Part shown: one piece after another, positions 13,929 to 27,519 of the stretch
Layout of the letters: the number at the start of each line of letters is the position of its first letter
How positions within the stretch are numbered: the first letter of the stretch is position 1
Assembly (NCBI GenBank): GCA_032718475.1
Contig: JAUCBJ010009036.1
Span: 11,756 to 75,755, forward strand
Direction: 5' to 3'
DNA: 64,000 nt
From: Nemertoderma westbladi
Taxonomy: Eukaryota; Animalia; Xenacoelomorpha
The notes under the pieces: model-generated
Seen by the model: the letters and a program-made list of their open reading frames with translations, nothing else
Database searches by the model: none
What the model was told of the DNA's origin: nothing
Made by a program: the position numbers and the translations under genes

Positions 13929-15534
13929 CAGAACCATTATAGAACTATTACAGAACCATTACAGAACTATTATAGAACCATTACAGAACCATTACAGAAC
14001 CATTATATAACCATTATACAGAACCATTACAGAACCATTACAGAACTATTATAGAACCATTACAGAACCATTACAGAACCATTATAGAACCATTACACAA
14101 CCATTGCAGAACAGAACCATTATAGAACCATTACAGAACCATTATAGAACCATTGCAGAACCATTACAGAACTATTATTGAACCATTATACAGAACCATT
14201 ACAGAACCATTACAGAACCATTGCAGAACAGAACCATTACAGAACCATTATAGAACCATTACACAACCATTGCAGAACAGAACCATTATAGAACCATTAC
14301 AGAACCATTATAGTACCATTGCAGAACCATAACAGAACTATTATAGAACCATTACAGAACCATTACAGAACTATTATATAACAATTACAGAACCATTACA
14401 GAACTATTATAGAACCATTACAGAACCATTACAGAACCATTATAGAACCATTGCAGAACCATTACAGAACCATTGCAGAACCATTACAGAACCATTATAG
14501 AACCATTGCAGAACCATTATACAGAACCATTACAACACCATTATAGAACCATTACAGAACCATTGCAGAACCATTGAAGAACCATTACAGAACCATTGCA
14601 GAACCATTACAGAACCATTATAGAACCATTGCAGAACCATTATACAAAACCATTACAGAACCATTACAGAACCATTATAGAACCATTACAGAACCATTGC
14701 AGAACAGAACCATTATAGAACCATTACAGAACCATTGCAGAACCATTGCAGAACCATTACAGAACCATCGCAGAACCATTACAGAACCATTATAGAACCA
14801 TTGCAGAACCATTATACAGAACCATTACAGAACCATTATAGAACCATTACAGAACCATTGCAGAACCATTATATAACCATTATACAGAACCATTACAGAA
14901 CCATTGCAGAACAGAACCATTATAGAACCATTACAGAACCATTACAGAACCATTGCAGAACAGAACCATTATACAGAACCATTACAGAACAGAACCATTA
15001 TAGAACCATTGCAGAACCATTACAGAACCATTGCAGAACAGAACCATTATAGAACCATTGCAGAACCATTACAGAACCATCGCAGAACCATTACAGAACC
15101 ATTATAGAACCATTGCAGAACCATTATACAGAACCATTACAGAACCATTACAGAACCATTATAGAACCATTACAGAACCATTGCAGAACCATTATATAAC
15201 ATTATACAGAACCATTACAGAACCATTACAGAACCATTGCAGAACAGAACCATTATAGAACCATTACAGAACCATTGCAGAACAGAACCATTATACAGAA
15301 CCATTACAGAATCATTACAGAACCATTGCAGAACAGAACCATTATAGAACCATTGCAGAACCATTACAGAACAGAACCATTACAGAACCATTATATAACA
15401 TTATACAGAACCATTACAGAACCATTACAGAACCATTGCAGAACAGAACCATTATAGAACCATTACAGAACCATTACAGAACCATATAGAACCATTGCAG
15501 AACCATTACAGAACCATCGCAGAACCATTACAGA
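13929..15534. repeat. 11-bp minisatellite (AGAACCATTAC)n with variants
   Basis: Visible tandem periodicity; explains the EPLQNHYRT ORFs. Confidence 0.97.
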
Positions 15535-15768
15535 CACAAATCGGAACATTAATTTAATGAATATAGTCATGATTTAAGTCACACAAGAATAAATAATTAA
15601 AGAAAATACGCCAATAGTCCTATAAGTTAAATTAGTCATTAAATATGTTAAAATCTAACAGTGAGTTTATAAATAATTAGGTAGGACATATCTGACCAGA
15701 GAAAAATAAATCGGTGTAAAAAAAACAGAAGATAAATATATATGGAGGACGAATTAAATTGTGAATGG

Positions 15769-15828
15769 CAATGTGGACGTTGTCGTCATTGTGGACGTTG
15801 TCGTCAATGTGGACGTTGTCGTCATTGT
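15769..15828. repeat. 18-bp tandem repeat x3
   Basis: caatgtggacgttgtcgt / cattgtggacgttgtcgt copies. Confidence 0.85.
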
Positions 15829-17344
15829 TCTAAAATTTAGAGACAATTGCGTATGAATGGAATGGAGTCGTAGTTCTGAACATCGGAAAATGAGGTTAGG
15901 ATGTGTTGGCCATCGTGTGGGTTACAGGTTTTAGGACAAACTGAGTTCACGTGAGGTTCTGTATGTGTTAGTCCACATGGCCACATCCGTTCGCTACGTT
16001 CAGTACGAGTCCATCACCCTAACCCCACTGCCAAGTTCGTCGACGTCAGTCGGAATCTCGACCATGATATTCTGTGAAGTTCGTTATAGTCAGTGATTTG
16101 TCTGTAATTGTCTAGGGATATGAGCTCATGGTTCATAGAATAATATGGTTAACGTCGAGTGGCTGTGCCGAATGTGTCGAATTGAGTTATTAGTATCGGT
16201 GCGATTAGTATCAATGGAGTCTACTGTGTCAGTTAGTCTTTTGTCTATCATCCTTGCATTCTAGTTTTTGCTCGCCGGCAGAGTTTTACTATATGGCACA
16301 GGGGTTCGTGTAAATCTTCGTTTTTTTGCATTGCATGTAAAAAATGTCGCTGCCTCTCCATTATGAAACAGGTTGTGTTAAACTCCCCACTTTCTATATA
16401 AATTACATTACGGAAGTATTTTGTCTCACACCAAGGGCAGCACATAACATGTAGTTACTGTATATTTATTAATAATGCATGTAGGTCCCCCCCCCCCCCC
16501 CCTCCCAGCCAGGTTCCACAGCTATAAAATATAGCAGCGGTAAGGGCAGCACCAAATACCTATAGTTCCAGGCTGATAGGCATTAGATAATGTCGGTTTA
16601 AGAAACCAAAATATTTCATTACGTGTTTATATTTTTCACGGATATGGTATTCGTACACGGACTCCCAACGTCCGTCCTGGTAGATAGGGGCACCTCACCT
16701 ATTAAACATAGTAAGGGGGCTTTCATAATTTCCTATTATATTCACCCTGGAATGTCTGAATGTCATAAAGAGCTGCTGTTTTATTATCATAAAGAGCAAG
16801 CGATGCCGGTTGACTGGATAAAAACGCGCATGCAACATAAAGTTATATATAGAGTAATATAAAGTCATTTATTACATTTAGTGTAAAATAAAGTGGCGCA
16901 TTTTAAGTGGCCCATCCCGTAGAATATTCTACACAATATTACAATCAAACACATTATGTTGACTAATTTTTGCAGTAATAATGGCAACATCGATAATTCT
17001 AGAACATAATTCTTACCCTAACAACTCGTTTCCCTTTTTTCGGCTGTTAAAAACAAATTATTTTATAATTAAATAAATTCCAATTGAACTTCCGTTACGG
17101 CGAATCGTAAATCCTATAGGAATGAGTTAGTGGATAGCGGAGTAATCTGTACCAGAACTAATAATAATAGTAGAAGTAAAAAGGAAGCTGTAATTATTGA
17201 GTTACTCAATAACACACAGGTCGATACTGAAAGTATTTATAACATAAGGGTATTATATATCCTGAGAAGTTAAATTTACAAAATCTATTTTTTGTGGTTT
17301 GTAAATCTGAAATCTGAAACAAGTTAAGATAAATCAATAAATAC

Positions 17345-17459
17345 CTGCAGATCTTTCCTTAACGTTCTGTTGTCGCCCTCCAGTCTGTGATTGGCGTCAC
17401 TCAGCCGTTTTATCGTGAGATTAAGAGCTCTTGTCTTTCCTGCTATTTCTCCATTTGAC
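17345..17459 (-). CDS. IQCE: IQCE-like coding exon 4 (coiled coil)
   Basis: tttag|G TCA..CTG CAG|gtat; (R)SNGEIAGKTRALNLTIKRLSDANHRLEGDNRTLRKDLQ; phase matches exon 3. Not in the ORF track. Confidence 0.75.
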
Positions 17460-18472
17460 CTAAATTTTTTTACATATTTAATTACAATAACACAAAGTAT
17501 TTACTTTCAGTTTAATTGTTCGAGAAAACCCCGTAATTTACAGTAAACATAGAATCAGTACAGTAATAATTAGGTCTTTAGCCTCGGAATAAACATTGAA
17601 CAGATGCGACTTAGAGATGTTCTAGAATTATTAAATATTATACGTGATCACCTGAATCTAACACAGATCCTTACACAGTGTGTAAAGATCGGGCAACCGA
17701 GAGAGAAAGATACAATGTGATGCAAATAGAATTCAGATGTTATTCTAAAAAATATGTTACAGAACAAAACATATTCTTCTTTTTTTCTCTTTTCCCCAAA
17801 ATCGGGACAAAAAGGAAACCTTTTTTCCCTAGGAATAAAGTAAACCTTAGGATTGCGTTGATTTTACTTTTTTCCTGGCGAAATAAGAAACATAAAATAT
17901 TTTTTCCTCGCTGGCGTTCGGTAAATAAAATACCTCGAGAATATTTTCCAAGTAATAAATAAAGATTTCTTCATGAACATTAAATTCTTCATTATAAATG
18001 TTCTAGAAGGTTTTCCATACAAGAATTTATGTTTATTTAATTTATGATTAAAAGTTTTGTGTTGGTTAATACGTAACGAGTATATAAGGTAATAAACTAG
18101 GTAGATATCCTCCTTCCTGAAGTATCATATTCACTCCCCCCCATTTCTGGGTTTTTTTTTCAGTTTAAAATTTAATTTAATTTAATAATAAATAAAATTC
18201 TAGAATTTAGATGTTTTTTGTTACTGAAACACGAAGTGGTGGAACAAATATTTAAATAATATCTTATTATATTGTTCTAGAACGACGAGGTATTAATAAT
18301 ATCTAAATTACGAAAACTATGTGGAACATAAATACTTTATATCCCTTTACCAACCCAATGAAGTATAAATTGGGAACAGTAATAATATTTCGGAATCATA
18401 TTGATGTAGATAAAAATACAAGTAATAAGAAATACTTAGATAACTAGAACGCTATAATTATAAATAGAATAC

Positions 18473-18642
18473 CTGTCTAATTTACTTTCAGTTTGCCAAT
18501 GACTTGTGTCCCCGGACTGTAACTTAGCTCTCAACCTCAGAATCTCCTGGTAGAAGACCCCCATAGCGCCTCGCTGTTCCTCAACTTTGGTGGTTTTAAT
18601 ATCGTCATTAAAACGTCTCAACTGAAAATCTTTATCTTTTAC
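18473..18642 (-). CDS. IQCE: IQCE-like coding exon 3
   Basis: VKDKDFQLRRFNDDIKTTKVEEQRGAMGVFYQEILRL resembles vertebrate IQCE as recalled (KEKD..ISKLQTDMKTTNLEEMRIAMETYYEEVHRL); AG/GT borders. Confidence 0.85.
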
Positions 18643-19181
18643 CTTAAAATTATTAAATTTAAATAATAAATTTAATAAATTAAATTTATTAACTTGTTAT
18701 TGACTCGATGAAGTTGTTACTTATAATTATCAAACGCGTGGTTTTATTCGGCGGGTTCTATTACTTTATACGACAGGTAAAACTACTTTATATGACCCGT
18801 ATAAATGCTTTATACGACGTTTTATCCGATTGGGATTATATTACTTAAACGTCTATAGAAGGCTTATAGATATTGTCCGGTTGTCCCAATTATAAACGTC
18901 GCTATTTTCTCTCTGTAATAATTTAAAAAAATGAACTAAAATTATTTTTCGAAAACGATTTTTATTTTTATTTATTTTTATCAAATTGCATCAAATTGTA
19001 TCTCATCAGACAGATAAACCTAAACCTCGCTTCGCTCTGTAAATAAAATATAACATAGTGAAAATTATGTTCTACATTATTTACCTTCTTTAAATACCAA
19101 ATAGGGTAGATAAATGATATTTATTATATTGTACAATGTAATTAATTAATTACACCAATAATCAATTAATAACCAATTAAC

Positions 19182-19493
19182 CTGTAACTCCAGCTGCAGT
19201 ATTTTGTGTCTGAGACTTCCCAGTACGGCCGCGCTGTCGGCCTTCCGGTCCCCCATACTCCGTCGCATGTCCTCGTCCTTCCCCGGGTCCAACAACCCCA
19301 CCAACTGTCTGTCCTTCTTCAACCCCTCCTCCTCCACCCGCCTACACCGCGCCTTCAACCGGTTGTTATCGTTAGTGACACTCACGACGGTTTTCTTTAG
19401 GTCCAGTATCTCGTCGTACATGTCTTCCTGAGACTTATACGCCGGGCTGCTAGGTAGCACGCCGGTTGTTATAGCAACCGGCTGTGGGTGCGT
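19182..19493 (-). CDS. IQCE: IQCE-like coding exon 2
   Basis: PAYKSQEDMYDEILDLKK..RRVEEEGLKKDRQLVGLLDP..SLRHKILQLE matches the recalled IQCE block PVYREKEDMYDEIIELKK..RRLEEENSRKDRQIEQLLDP; tgtttag acceptor and gttaat donor, phase 0. Confidence 0.88.
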
Positions 19494-19985
19494 CTAAACA
19501 ACAACAACAACAACCAATCATAATCCTTATATTTGTATAGTTCCTTGTGTAACTGAACCCCCCCCCCCCTCCCCTTCCCCCCGATTTGTAACCCAGTTTT
19601 GGTTTTTCACAATAACTCTGCCACCGATGAGAAGGTGGCTTTCCAAGGACCCCAAATCGGTAAACAATATATAAATATCGTTGTTTTTCCGCCCGGAGTG
19701 ATGCTATTTAGATAAACAAACCGCTATAAACTATAAGCTTGAACTCTCTTTAAGGAAAATTAATAGTTGAATGGGATAAACGATCTCAGTCGTAAATAAT
19801 CACATCAATTTGGAATCGTTGTAAAACCCAGATTTCCAGTTTCCTAAGTAATAATAGATAGCTAGGGTTCAACAGGTACAATAGTTGTGGTTGATTGAGT
19901 AAGTAGATTTATTAAACGTTTGTAGCTAATAATTTATTGAAAGCCTAAAAAATTCTGACCCACCAATTATTAACGGAGGCATGAC

Positions 19986-20150
19986 GACCTACTATAGATA
20001 CGACCCGCCAAGCTGCTGGACCTACTATAGATACGACCCGCCAAGCTGCTGGACCTACTATAGATACGACCCGCCAAGCTGCTGGACCTACTATAGATAC
20101 GACCCGCCAAGCTGCTGGACCTACTATAGATACGACCCGCCAAGCTGCTG
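19986..20150. repeat. 33-bp tandem repeat x5 (left terminus of the foldback element)
   Basis: gacctactatagatacgacccgccaagctgctg. Confidence 0.95.
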
Positions 20151-21477
20151 CAGAGCCCCTAAATTTAGTGGGCCAGTTATTTCTCTTAGGTAGAATCCCT
20201 GAAACAATATGTCAGGCACGTCGAAAGTACTCGTCCCTAACTAAAATTATATCCTCTTTCAGATGAGACAAATAAAAATTTAATAGCTCCAGTAGTTTTC
20301 GAGATATGAGGAGTTCCTGGCACCCATACCATTTCGGAACCTTTCGGAATTGATTAAATTACACAAAATACATCACCCTACAATGACTTTGGTATAACCA
20401 TGAAACCATACTAGGCTTTATTGGTTTGTTGAATTCATTATTAGTAATCGAAAGTAAGATTAGAAGCAAAATTTTCATTTTTTTATCAATATATACTAAA
20501 AGAGCACCAAAAGTGCAAGTAGCACTTTTTTTTAAAACTTGGTAAATTGGCCATACAGTTTGGCTACTGAGGTTTTAGAATTTGTTGATTTAATTGGCAA
20601 GGTTTATTCCTCTACATCAAACATATCGAAGAGTTGTGTAATATAACAACATGGCACAAAAATTGGGTTTGCACATACCAGAAATATTTATAACTACTTT
20701 CATCGCGATCAGCTACTTCGAAAACCCGTATACGTTAAGAATTATCAAACCAAACACAAAATGTTTAGTTTGACAAAATCAGAAAATAGCACCAAAAATG
20801 ATTGATGCATTGCCAGAAAATTTAAATTTGCCAGAAAGTTTGACATGTTTTATCGTGATCAGCGTCATCGAAATCCCTCATACCATCAAAATTGTAATTT
20901 TTGAGCCAAGATCTAAAAAAACCTTAATTCTAAAGTAACCCCCCCCCCCTGGTTGGCACTTAGAATTTTCGACTGAAACATTGGCCATTTTTGAAAATAC
21001 CTCAATTTTATAAACCTTGCCAATTAAATCAGCACATTCTAAAACCTCAGTAGCCAAACTATACGGCCAAATTACCACTTTTGGCTATTTGAAAATTTCG
21101 AGCTACTTGTAATTTTGGTGCTCTTTTGGTGTCTATTATAAAATAAACAATGAAGATTTTATTCTGAATTCGCTTTCGATTACTAAAAATTAATTCGATT
21201 AACGAAAAAAGCATAATATGGTTTAATGGTTATACCAAAGTCTTGAAGGGTTATGTATTTTGAGTAATTTTATCAACTCCGAAAAGTGCTGAAATGGTAT
21301 CCTCACATCTCGAAAACTACTGGAGCTATTAAAGTTTTATTTGTCTCATCTGAAAGAGGATATAATTTTAGTTAGGGGCGAGTACTTTTGGCGCGCTAGA
21401 CATATTGTTTAAGGGATTCTATCTAAGAGAAATAACTGGCCCACTAAATTTAGGGGCTTTGCAGAAGCTTGGCAGGT

Positions 21478-21847
21478 CGTATCTATAGTAGGTCATGGGT
21501 TCCGTATCTATAGTAGGTCATGGGTTCCGTATCTATAGTAGGTCATGGGTTCCGTATCTATAGTAGGTCATGGGTTCCGTATCTATAGTAGGTCATGGGT
21601 TCCGTATCTATAGTAGGTCATGGGTTCCGTATCTATAGTAGGTCATGGGTTCCGTATCTGTAGTTGGTCATGGGTTCCGTATCTATAGTAGGTCATGGGT
21701 TCCGTATCTATAGTAGGTCATGGGTTCCGTATCTATAGTAGGTCATGGGTTCCGTATCTATAGTAGGTCATGGGTTCCGTATCTATAGTAGGTCATGGGT
21801 TCCGTATCTATAGTAGGTCATGGGTTCCGTATCTATAGTAGGTCATG
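21478..21847. repeat. 25-bp tandem repeat, ~15 copies (right terminus of the foldback element)
   Basis: cgtatctatagtaggtcatgggttc. Confidence 0.95.
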
Positions 21848-22105
21848 ATGGAGGTGAAACAAACTGTTTCAAATTCCACGTGAAAATAATTGTTATATAA
21901 TTTGGTGGCCAAGTGAAGTGAAGAATACCGGACATTCTGCCGTTATATTTCACTTTGCAGTTAACCCCATGTGAAGAATACCAGGTTTTCACTAAAACCA
22001 CAGGTTTCAGAAGGGATAAATCTAACCAAAACAATAAACAAATTAGTATCTATCTGGGGCTGGTAGGGGGTGGGGCTGGGGGGGGGGGGGCTGGGGTGGG
22101 GTGGA

Positions 22106-22670
22106 GTAAGGGAAAGGCATGGGCAGCCTTGAATAGGCTTTCCAGGATTTGGAAGTCACCGAGAATTAATCGCAAACTTAAGGTCCGCTTATTTAGAGCA
22201 GCAGTAGTTCCAGTACTCTTCTACGGGAGTCCATGGTGGGCTCTAATTGCTGAGGACACCAAATCTCTGGATGGCACATTCACAAGAATGCTACGCCGGG
22301 TTCATTGTTTCAAGTACAATGCACACATCTCCAACCAGACACTATATAACATTGGAGGTGTCTCATTGGTTCCACCAGGCTTGACACTAGAACAAAGCCG
22401 CCACCGCTTTGCAGGACATTGCTTTAGCCGTGAGGACCAGCCAGTGCATAATCTTGTACTTTGGCAGCCTCATGGAGTGAATAAGGATGCTGGATAGCCC
22501 ATGACTTTCGTGAGACGCCTCTCAAAGGACACTGGCCTTGAAGATGCGGATGATCTAGCAAATGTCATGGGTGATAGGGAGCTGTGGCGGCGAAATTTTG
22601 TCGACAAGCCGGCACAGCCTTCTTAAAAATGCAGCTGCAATGCAGCATGCCGATCATAGTAGTAGTAGTA
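22106..22670 (+). mobile_element. 5'-truncated RTE-group LINE fragment with (TAG)n tail
   Basis: KGKAWAALNRLSRIWKS.. nearly identical to the 3' part of the copy at 57537-59318. Confidence 0.9.
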
Positions 22671-22758
22671 GGGGGGAATGAGCTTGGGGAGGAGGGGGGG
22701 GGGGGGGGGGTGTTGATATCTCAGTAATTGTTTTTGAGATATTTCTATTTATACGCAC

Positions 22759-23190
22759 CGGTGAGTAACTTGACTCCATTGTCAACTCGCTGCTCGCTAT
22801 GGTGGATGCGGCGTCTCGGGACATCTTCTTACGGAGGTACGGCGTCAACGTCTGCCCGGGGGTCGCGGGGGCGACGCCCATCGGAGCGTAGTTGGTGCTG
22901 AGATTCCCGGTTCCGTCCCGTAAGGATCGCAGGTAATTCTGTCGGAGTTGGTAGACCTTGCCGGATTCCATGTTCCGCGTCGGTTGAGAGAAGCCGCCCG
23001 TTGCTAGGGAGACGGTCTGTCCGTAGGGCGCCCCCTTGCGTTTAGTTACGGCATTGGGTTTAATGCGTTTGTTGCGTCGGCCTTTACGGGGGGAGAGTTG
23101 GCGAGAAAGTTCCGACGGAATAGAACGCCCCGATACAACCGACTCGCGTTCCGTGTTCGTCTGGTCCGTGTAATACGTTCGCGACGGCAT
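22759..23190 (-). CDS. IQCE: IQCE-like first coding exon
   Basis: ATG at 23190; GC-rich basic/Ser-rich ORF; donor ccg|gtgcgt joins exon 2 in phase 0. Confidence 0.7.
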
Positions 23191-24124
23191 TGTTCTAGAA
23201 TAGTAGCAATATATATTCTGGAACTGAGAGTAGAAGTATGAGTAACTGGTAGGTATACTTTGCTATAACTGGATATATTCTAAAACACGGAATAATATAC
23301 CCGTAGTAGTATCAGTACATTCTCTAGAATATACACGAATGACAATCAAAAAAAGAAAGAAGATCAAAGGTATACAAAGGTAGATAGTAATATACTGTAG
23401 ATATCGCAAAAAGGGACATCACCTGTACGGAAAAGATATAGTATTACAGAAACACCGACACCGACACCGACACACCGGTTAGGCCTATATAAATTCTAGG
23501 GGAATCTTAACGCAAGTAAATTAAATCTTCTCCTGGCTGAATAAGATCAAAATGCCCCAGGCTGCAACGGCAGAACGGGTCTTTCGACACAATCAAAATG
23601 CAACCCTTACCAAGGGAAAATCGACGCAAATAACAGTTGATTACTCCCTAAAATAAAACTAAAATCTGTTCTATTGACTTCCGTTTATTAACATACCGGT
23701 ACCGGTAATCATACCGGCACACCCTTCAATGAATTGAAAATTTAACATTGAAACGAGCAAATAATTCGCCGAGATGGGATTTGCGTCAAATTTTCCTACC
23801 TGTCTTCCATCAAACTTATGGCTATGTTAAAATGTAATTAACCCAAATCATAGACTGCTAACCTATACCGGTAGGCACTGATATACAATCCGTGCTATTG
23901 CTAAATACACAAAATCCATTCTAAAAGATGGAAATTCCATTCTTACGCTATTTGGCTTAGGCCTACTGTTTATTTACGGTACCAGTACCGGCAGTGCAAT
24001 GTGTAAGGCTGCAAGTTTACAGTAGTAGTGTGCTGGGAGGCCTACCGGTACAACAAACAACTTAAAATACAACAACATTGAATCTGAATTTTGAACAGGA
24101 AATGTCATAAATTCCAATGTTATT

Positions 24125-24245
24125 ATTATAGGTTGCTAGGAGATTTAAGCATGACAACCAATCAGAACATAGAATCTCACCTTTATTAACTAATCCCAAT
24201 CCACAGCCTGAGTGTGTGTAAAGATTACTATGCAGCCAATGCGAT
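24125..24245 (-). promoter_or_regulatory. Possible IQCE promoter: X-box-like GTTGCTAGGAGAT plus three CCAAT boxes
   Basis: Motifs clustered ~950 bp upstream of the ATG; RFX X-boxes are typical of ciliary genes. The match is imperfect. Confidence 0.3.
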
Positions 24246-25049
24246 ATTATGTAGAATTGTCCGACAATGTAGTGTTAATTAACCAGATAGGGGGCGATGA
24301 TACATGATGAGGGGGCAGATAGGATACTGGACGCAATAAAAATTCATCCCACTCCTGGGGAAATTCGACGCAAATAACAGCTGATTACTCTCAATAATAA
24401 AACTGTAACCTGTTCTATTGTGTTTAGTTTATTGTTTTGGTTAAAAAAAACGTGCCACTGTAACCTGCTCCTTTCCCTAAATTGAGAATTTAACATTGAT
24501 GCGGGATATTAATTCGCCAAGGCGGGTTGTGCGTCGAGTTATTCGGCATACATACCCCTCCCCCCAATTTGTCTGCAAATCTTATGAGATTGCATGAAAT
24601 TTCAAACCGAGGTAGTTCTACCCACCCCCCCCCCCCCACACCTTGCTGGGTGAGCCATAGTTTCGTTTCGTTTTCAATCTTTAGCTATAAGCGTCTGAAA
24701 AAAGTGTTTCCGGCGAAATTGCACCAGTTACAACAGTTTATTCTTCACCCTTATAGTGATTTGTTAGTACTACTGTATATAAAAAGCTAGCTGTGCAAGG
24801 ATTCCAAATATAAAAAATCTGAATTTTTTCACAAAATGGTTGAGATATGAGCATATAAAAGTAGCAAGGTTTTGCATTTAATAAATACACAAATATTCTG
24901 AAACATTTAGTTAATGTATGAATATCTATGTAATATAATGATTAAGGAGATATTGCATTGTTTCCCAGCTACGTATTGGATAAACAAAATGTTCCAGAAT
25001 ATAATCTGGCCCTTTACTTATTTTATTAAATATAATAAAATAGTCTCAG

Positions 25050-26730
25050 CAGATGCACAATTTTGCACATTTTTAATGCCCGCAACTCCGCTATGTTTCA
25101 ACGAAATGCAGATTGTCTTACATATCTGAAATTCTTGCTTAAGCAGCTTTTTAAGTACCAACAAATCACGTGTGATTGTCAAATCGGCTCCGGTGCTAAT
25201 AAGCACAAGCGAACTGCACGTTCTGGAACTCTGGGTTTGAGAAGAGTTGACGAGGTTTGGCAGATTCTCGAATTCATTTACTCTCGAAGTTCGAATGCGT
25301 ACAGCACATTTGTTGCTAGGCGACATTGTTGGGGTGCAAGGCAATGGATCCAGAGTCGACTGGTACAATTTTATTAGAGAATTAATTAATGTACCGCGAT
25401 CAAGAGGAGTCCGAGCCAATGGGTGGACTAGGACATATTGTCCAAATCGACGAGACGATATTACGGGGAAAACGCAAGAAGAGCACCAACAAACGAGGTC
25501 GTTGGCTTGGTGCGGGGACCACTTCCGCCATCCCGATCTAATTATGGGACGACAGTGGATGGGCCGTGGGTGTTTGGACTGATGGAAACCTCCAGACAAT
25601 AAAGTCGACATTCGCCTCTACCACGTTTTGCATCGTGATGTGGACACCCTCCGCCCGGTGGAACCAAGAAAATCCGACGATTGGTCTGCTTATTGCGGTG
25701 TGAATGTTGGCATAACAAACGCCACCAGCCCGTGGTATGCTACCAATGGAACAGGGACCTACCCTACACCCTACACTACATACAGACAGTAAAACCGTCA
25801 ACCATTCGGTAGAGTAGGTGAGTGTGACAGGCACCCACACTCAACGTATAGAGACGATGTAGGGCCACTTAAAGACGTCAGTCATCCGCAACAAGAAATG
25901 CACAACACCGCAACTTATTGCTGCATTTCGGTGGAGACTATTAAATCGCGCCCGACCTTTCTCAAATCTCCTTGCACTTTACAAACGTTACTACCCTTGC
26001 TTCCTATTGGCGATATCTCCTTTGCAGAAGTGAAGTTAATGCCCTTTGCATTAAGACCAATCGTGCCAGTGGAGTAGACGGTGTTCCCCCTGAGGTCTTT
26101 AAATTACCTGAGTTTTTAAAGCTCATCTATCCCATCATAGTAGACATGTACCGAACAACAAGAGTCCCACAAGAAATGAAAACAAATAAGTTGGTGCCAG
26201 TTCCAAAGAAGGGCAACCTAACTCTCTATGGTTCTTTTCGGGGAATCTCATTGATCTCGATTGCTGCAAAGCTATACAATGGAATTCTATTAAATCGCAT
26301 CAGGGATCCCATTGAGAAACTGCTCCGTGGAAATCAGAATGGGTTCCGTAAAGGTCGTGGGACCATGGAGCCCATTTTGGCACTTAGAAGGATAATCAAA
26401 ATTATCAAAAAAGAAAGACGGGCATCTGGCTGTTATCTTTGTTGACTTCTTCAAGGCCTTTGATTCAGTCTTCCGCTCACGTATGTTCAGCATACTTTCA
26501 TTATATGAGATTCCTGATGAAATTATTGCAGCAATCAGCAAATCATTGATCATGATCATGAATCATGATCTAGCAAATGTCATGGGTGATAGGGAGTTGT
26601 GGCTGCGCAATTTTGTCGACAAGCCGGCACAGCATTCTTAAAAATGCAGCTGCTATGCAGCATGCCGATACTAGTAGAAGTAGTACTACCCTTGCTGAAT
26701 GTCTATACATTAACCAACCCAAACGGCCAT
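25050..26730 (+). pseudogene. Merlin / IS1595(ISXO2)-like DDE transposase remnant, interrupted by an RTE
   Basis: Across frames: VDWYNFIRE, GHIVQIDET, PWVFGL, TVNHSV..TGTHTQRIET; multiple frameshifts and stops. Confidence 0.75.
26002..26683 (+). mobile_element. Internally deleted RTE-group LINE copy with 13-bp TSD
   Basis: RT N-terminal part joined directly to the 3' end; TSD tactacccttgct at 25989-26001 and 26684-26696. Confidence 0.88.
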
Positions 26731-27519
26731 TTTCATTTTCAGGACCAACATATGAAATAAAAAACCGTATCGTAACAGCTTCGTTAGCTTGTAATATTTT
26801 TTTTACCATAATATACCCCCCAGTCCGGGTAAATACAGTATTAATTATAATATTGGAAATATATAGGTACAGTATAATGTAGTTAAGATTATGTACGCGC
26901 ACAGTAAATCATAATTAAACTAATAGATTAAGCTAAATTATTACATAAAAATTATTAGAATTAAGCTAGTAAATGCACACAGTTATTTATTATGGTTATT
27001 TATTAGTGTAATATTTATAATTTATTTATTTATTTATAATATTTATTAGTGTAATAGTAATGTTTATAGCGTGTAATATAGATTACGGTAGGAATAATAC
27101 CGCAATAATTTTTATTGTCCGTTTAAATGGTCCGTTCTTGGTGGTAACGAACACCATCCTGCAATGCTTTCCAACATTCAATCTCAGTCATCCCGCGTAT
27201 TCTATCGTACTAACACACCCACGACAACTGCATCCCTTTCCTCTACGAATCTGGAACTGGAAAACTCCATAGATTGCACGGATTGACTAAATTACTCACA
27301 AACAACAACGCCCATCAGCGCTGCTTGTAATGATATTGTTCATCATATCCCTGTACCCACACTTAATGTTCTTGAGATACCCGGTCATGTACCTAATAGT
27401 AATATACCGTTACCCGTAGACATGATTTATAAAGATATTTTCGCAAATATATACCCACCAATCCCTTCAATCGGTAACGAACCAAATGCTAACGTACCTA
27501 ATGTTTATCCCCTCGGGAC

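Larger units (their letters stand above)
19975..21847. mobile_element. Non-autonomous foldback/TIR element in IQCE intron 1 with tandemly amplified termini
   Basis: Arms ~20150-20605 and ~21010-21480 are imperfect inverted copies; no coding capacity; no TSD found. Confidence 0.8.

Noticed and set aside
13929-15534. EPLQNHYRT-repeat ORFs
   Set aside because: By-products of an 11-bp minisatellite that shifts frame every unit.
16248-16862. Short ORFs 16248-16445 and 16623-16862
   Set aside because: No recognisable motifs and no splice-consistent link to neighbouring genes.
16990-18290. Frequent TTCTAGAA (heat-shock-element-like) sites
   Set aside because: Isolated two-unit palindromes in AT-rich introns; enrichment cannot be established without a background count.
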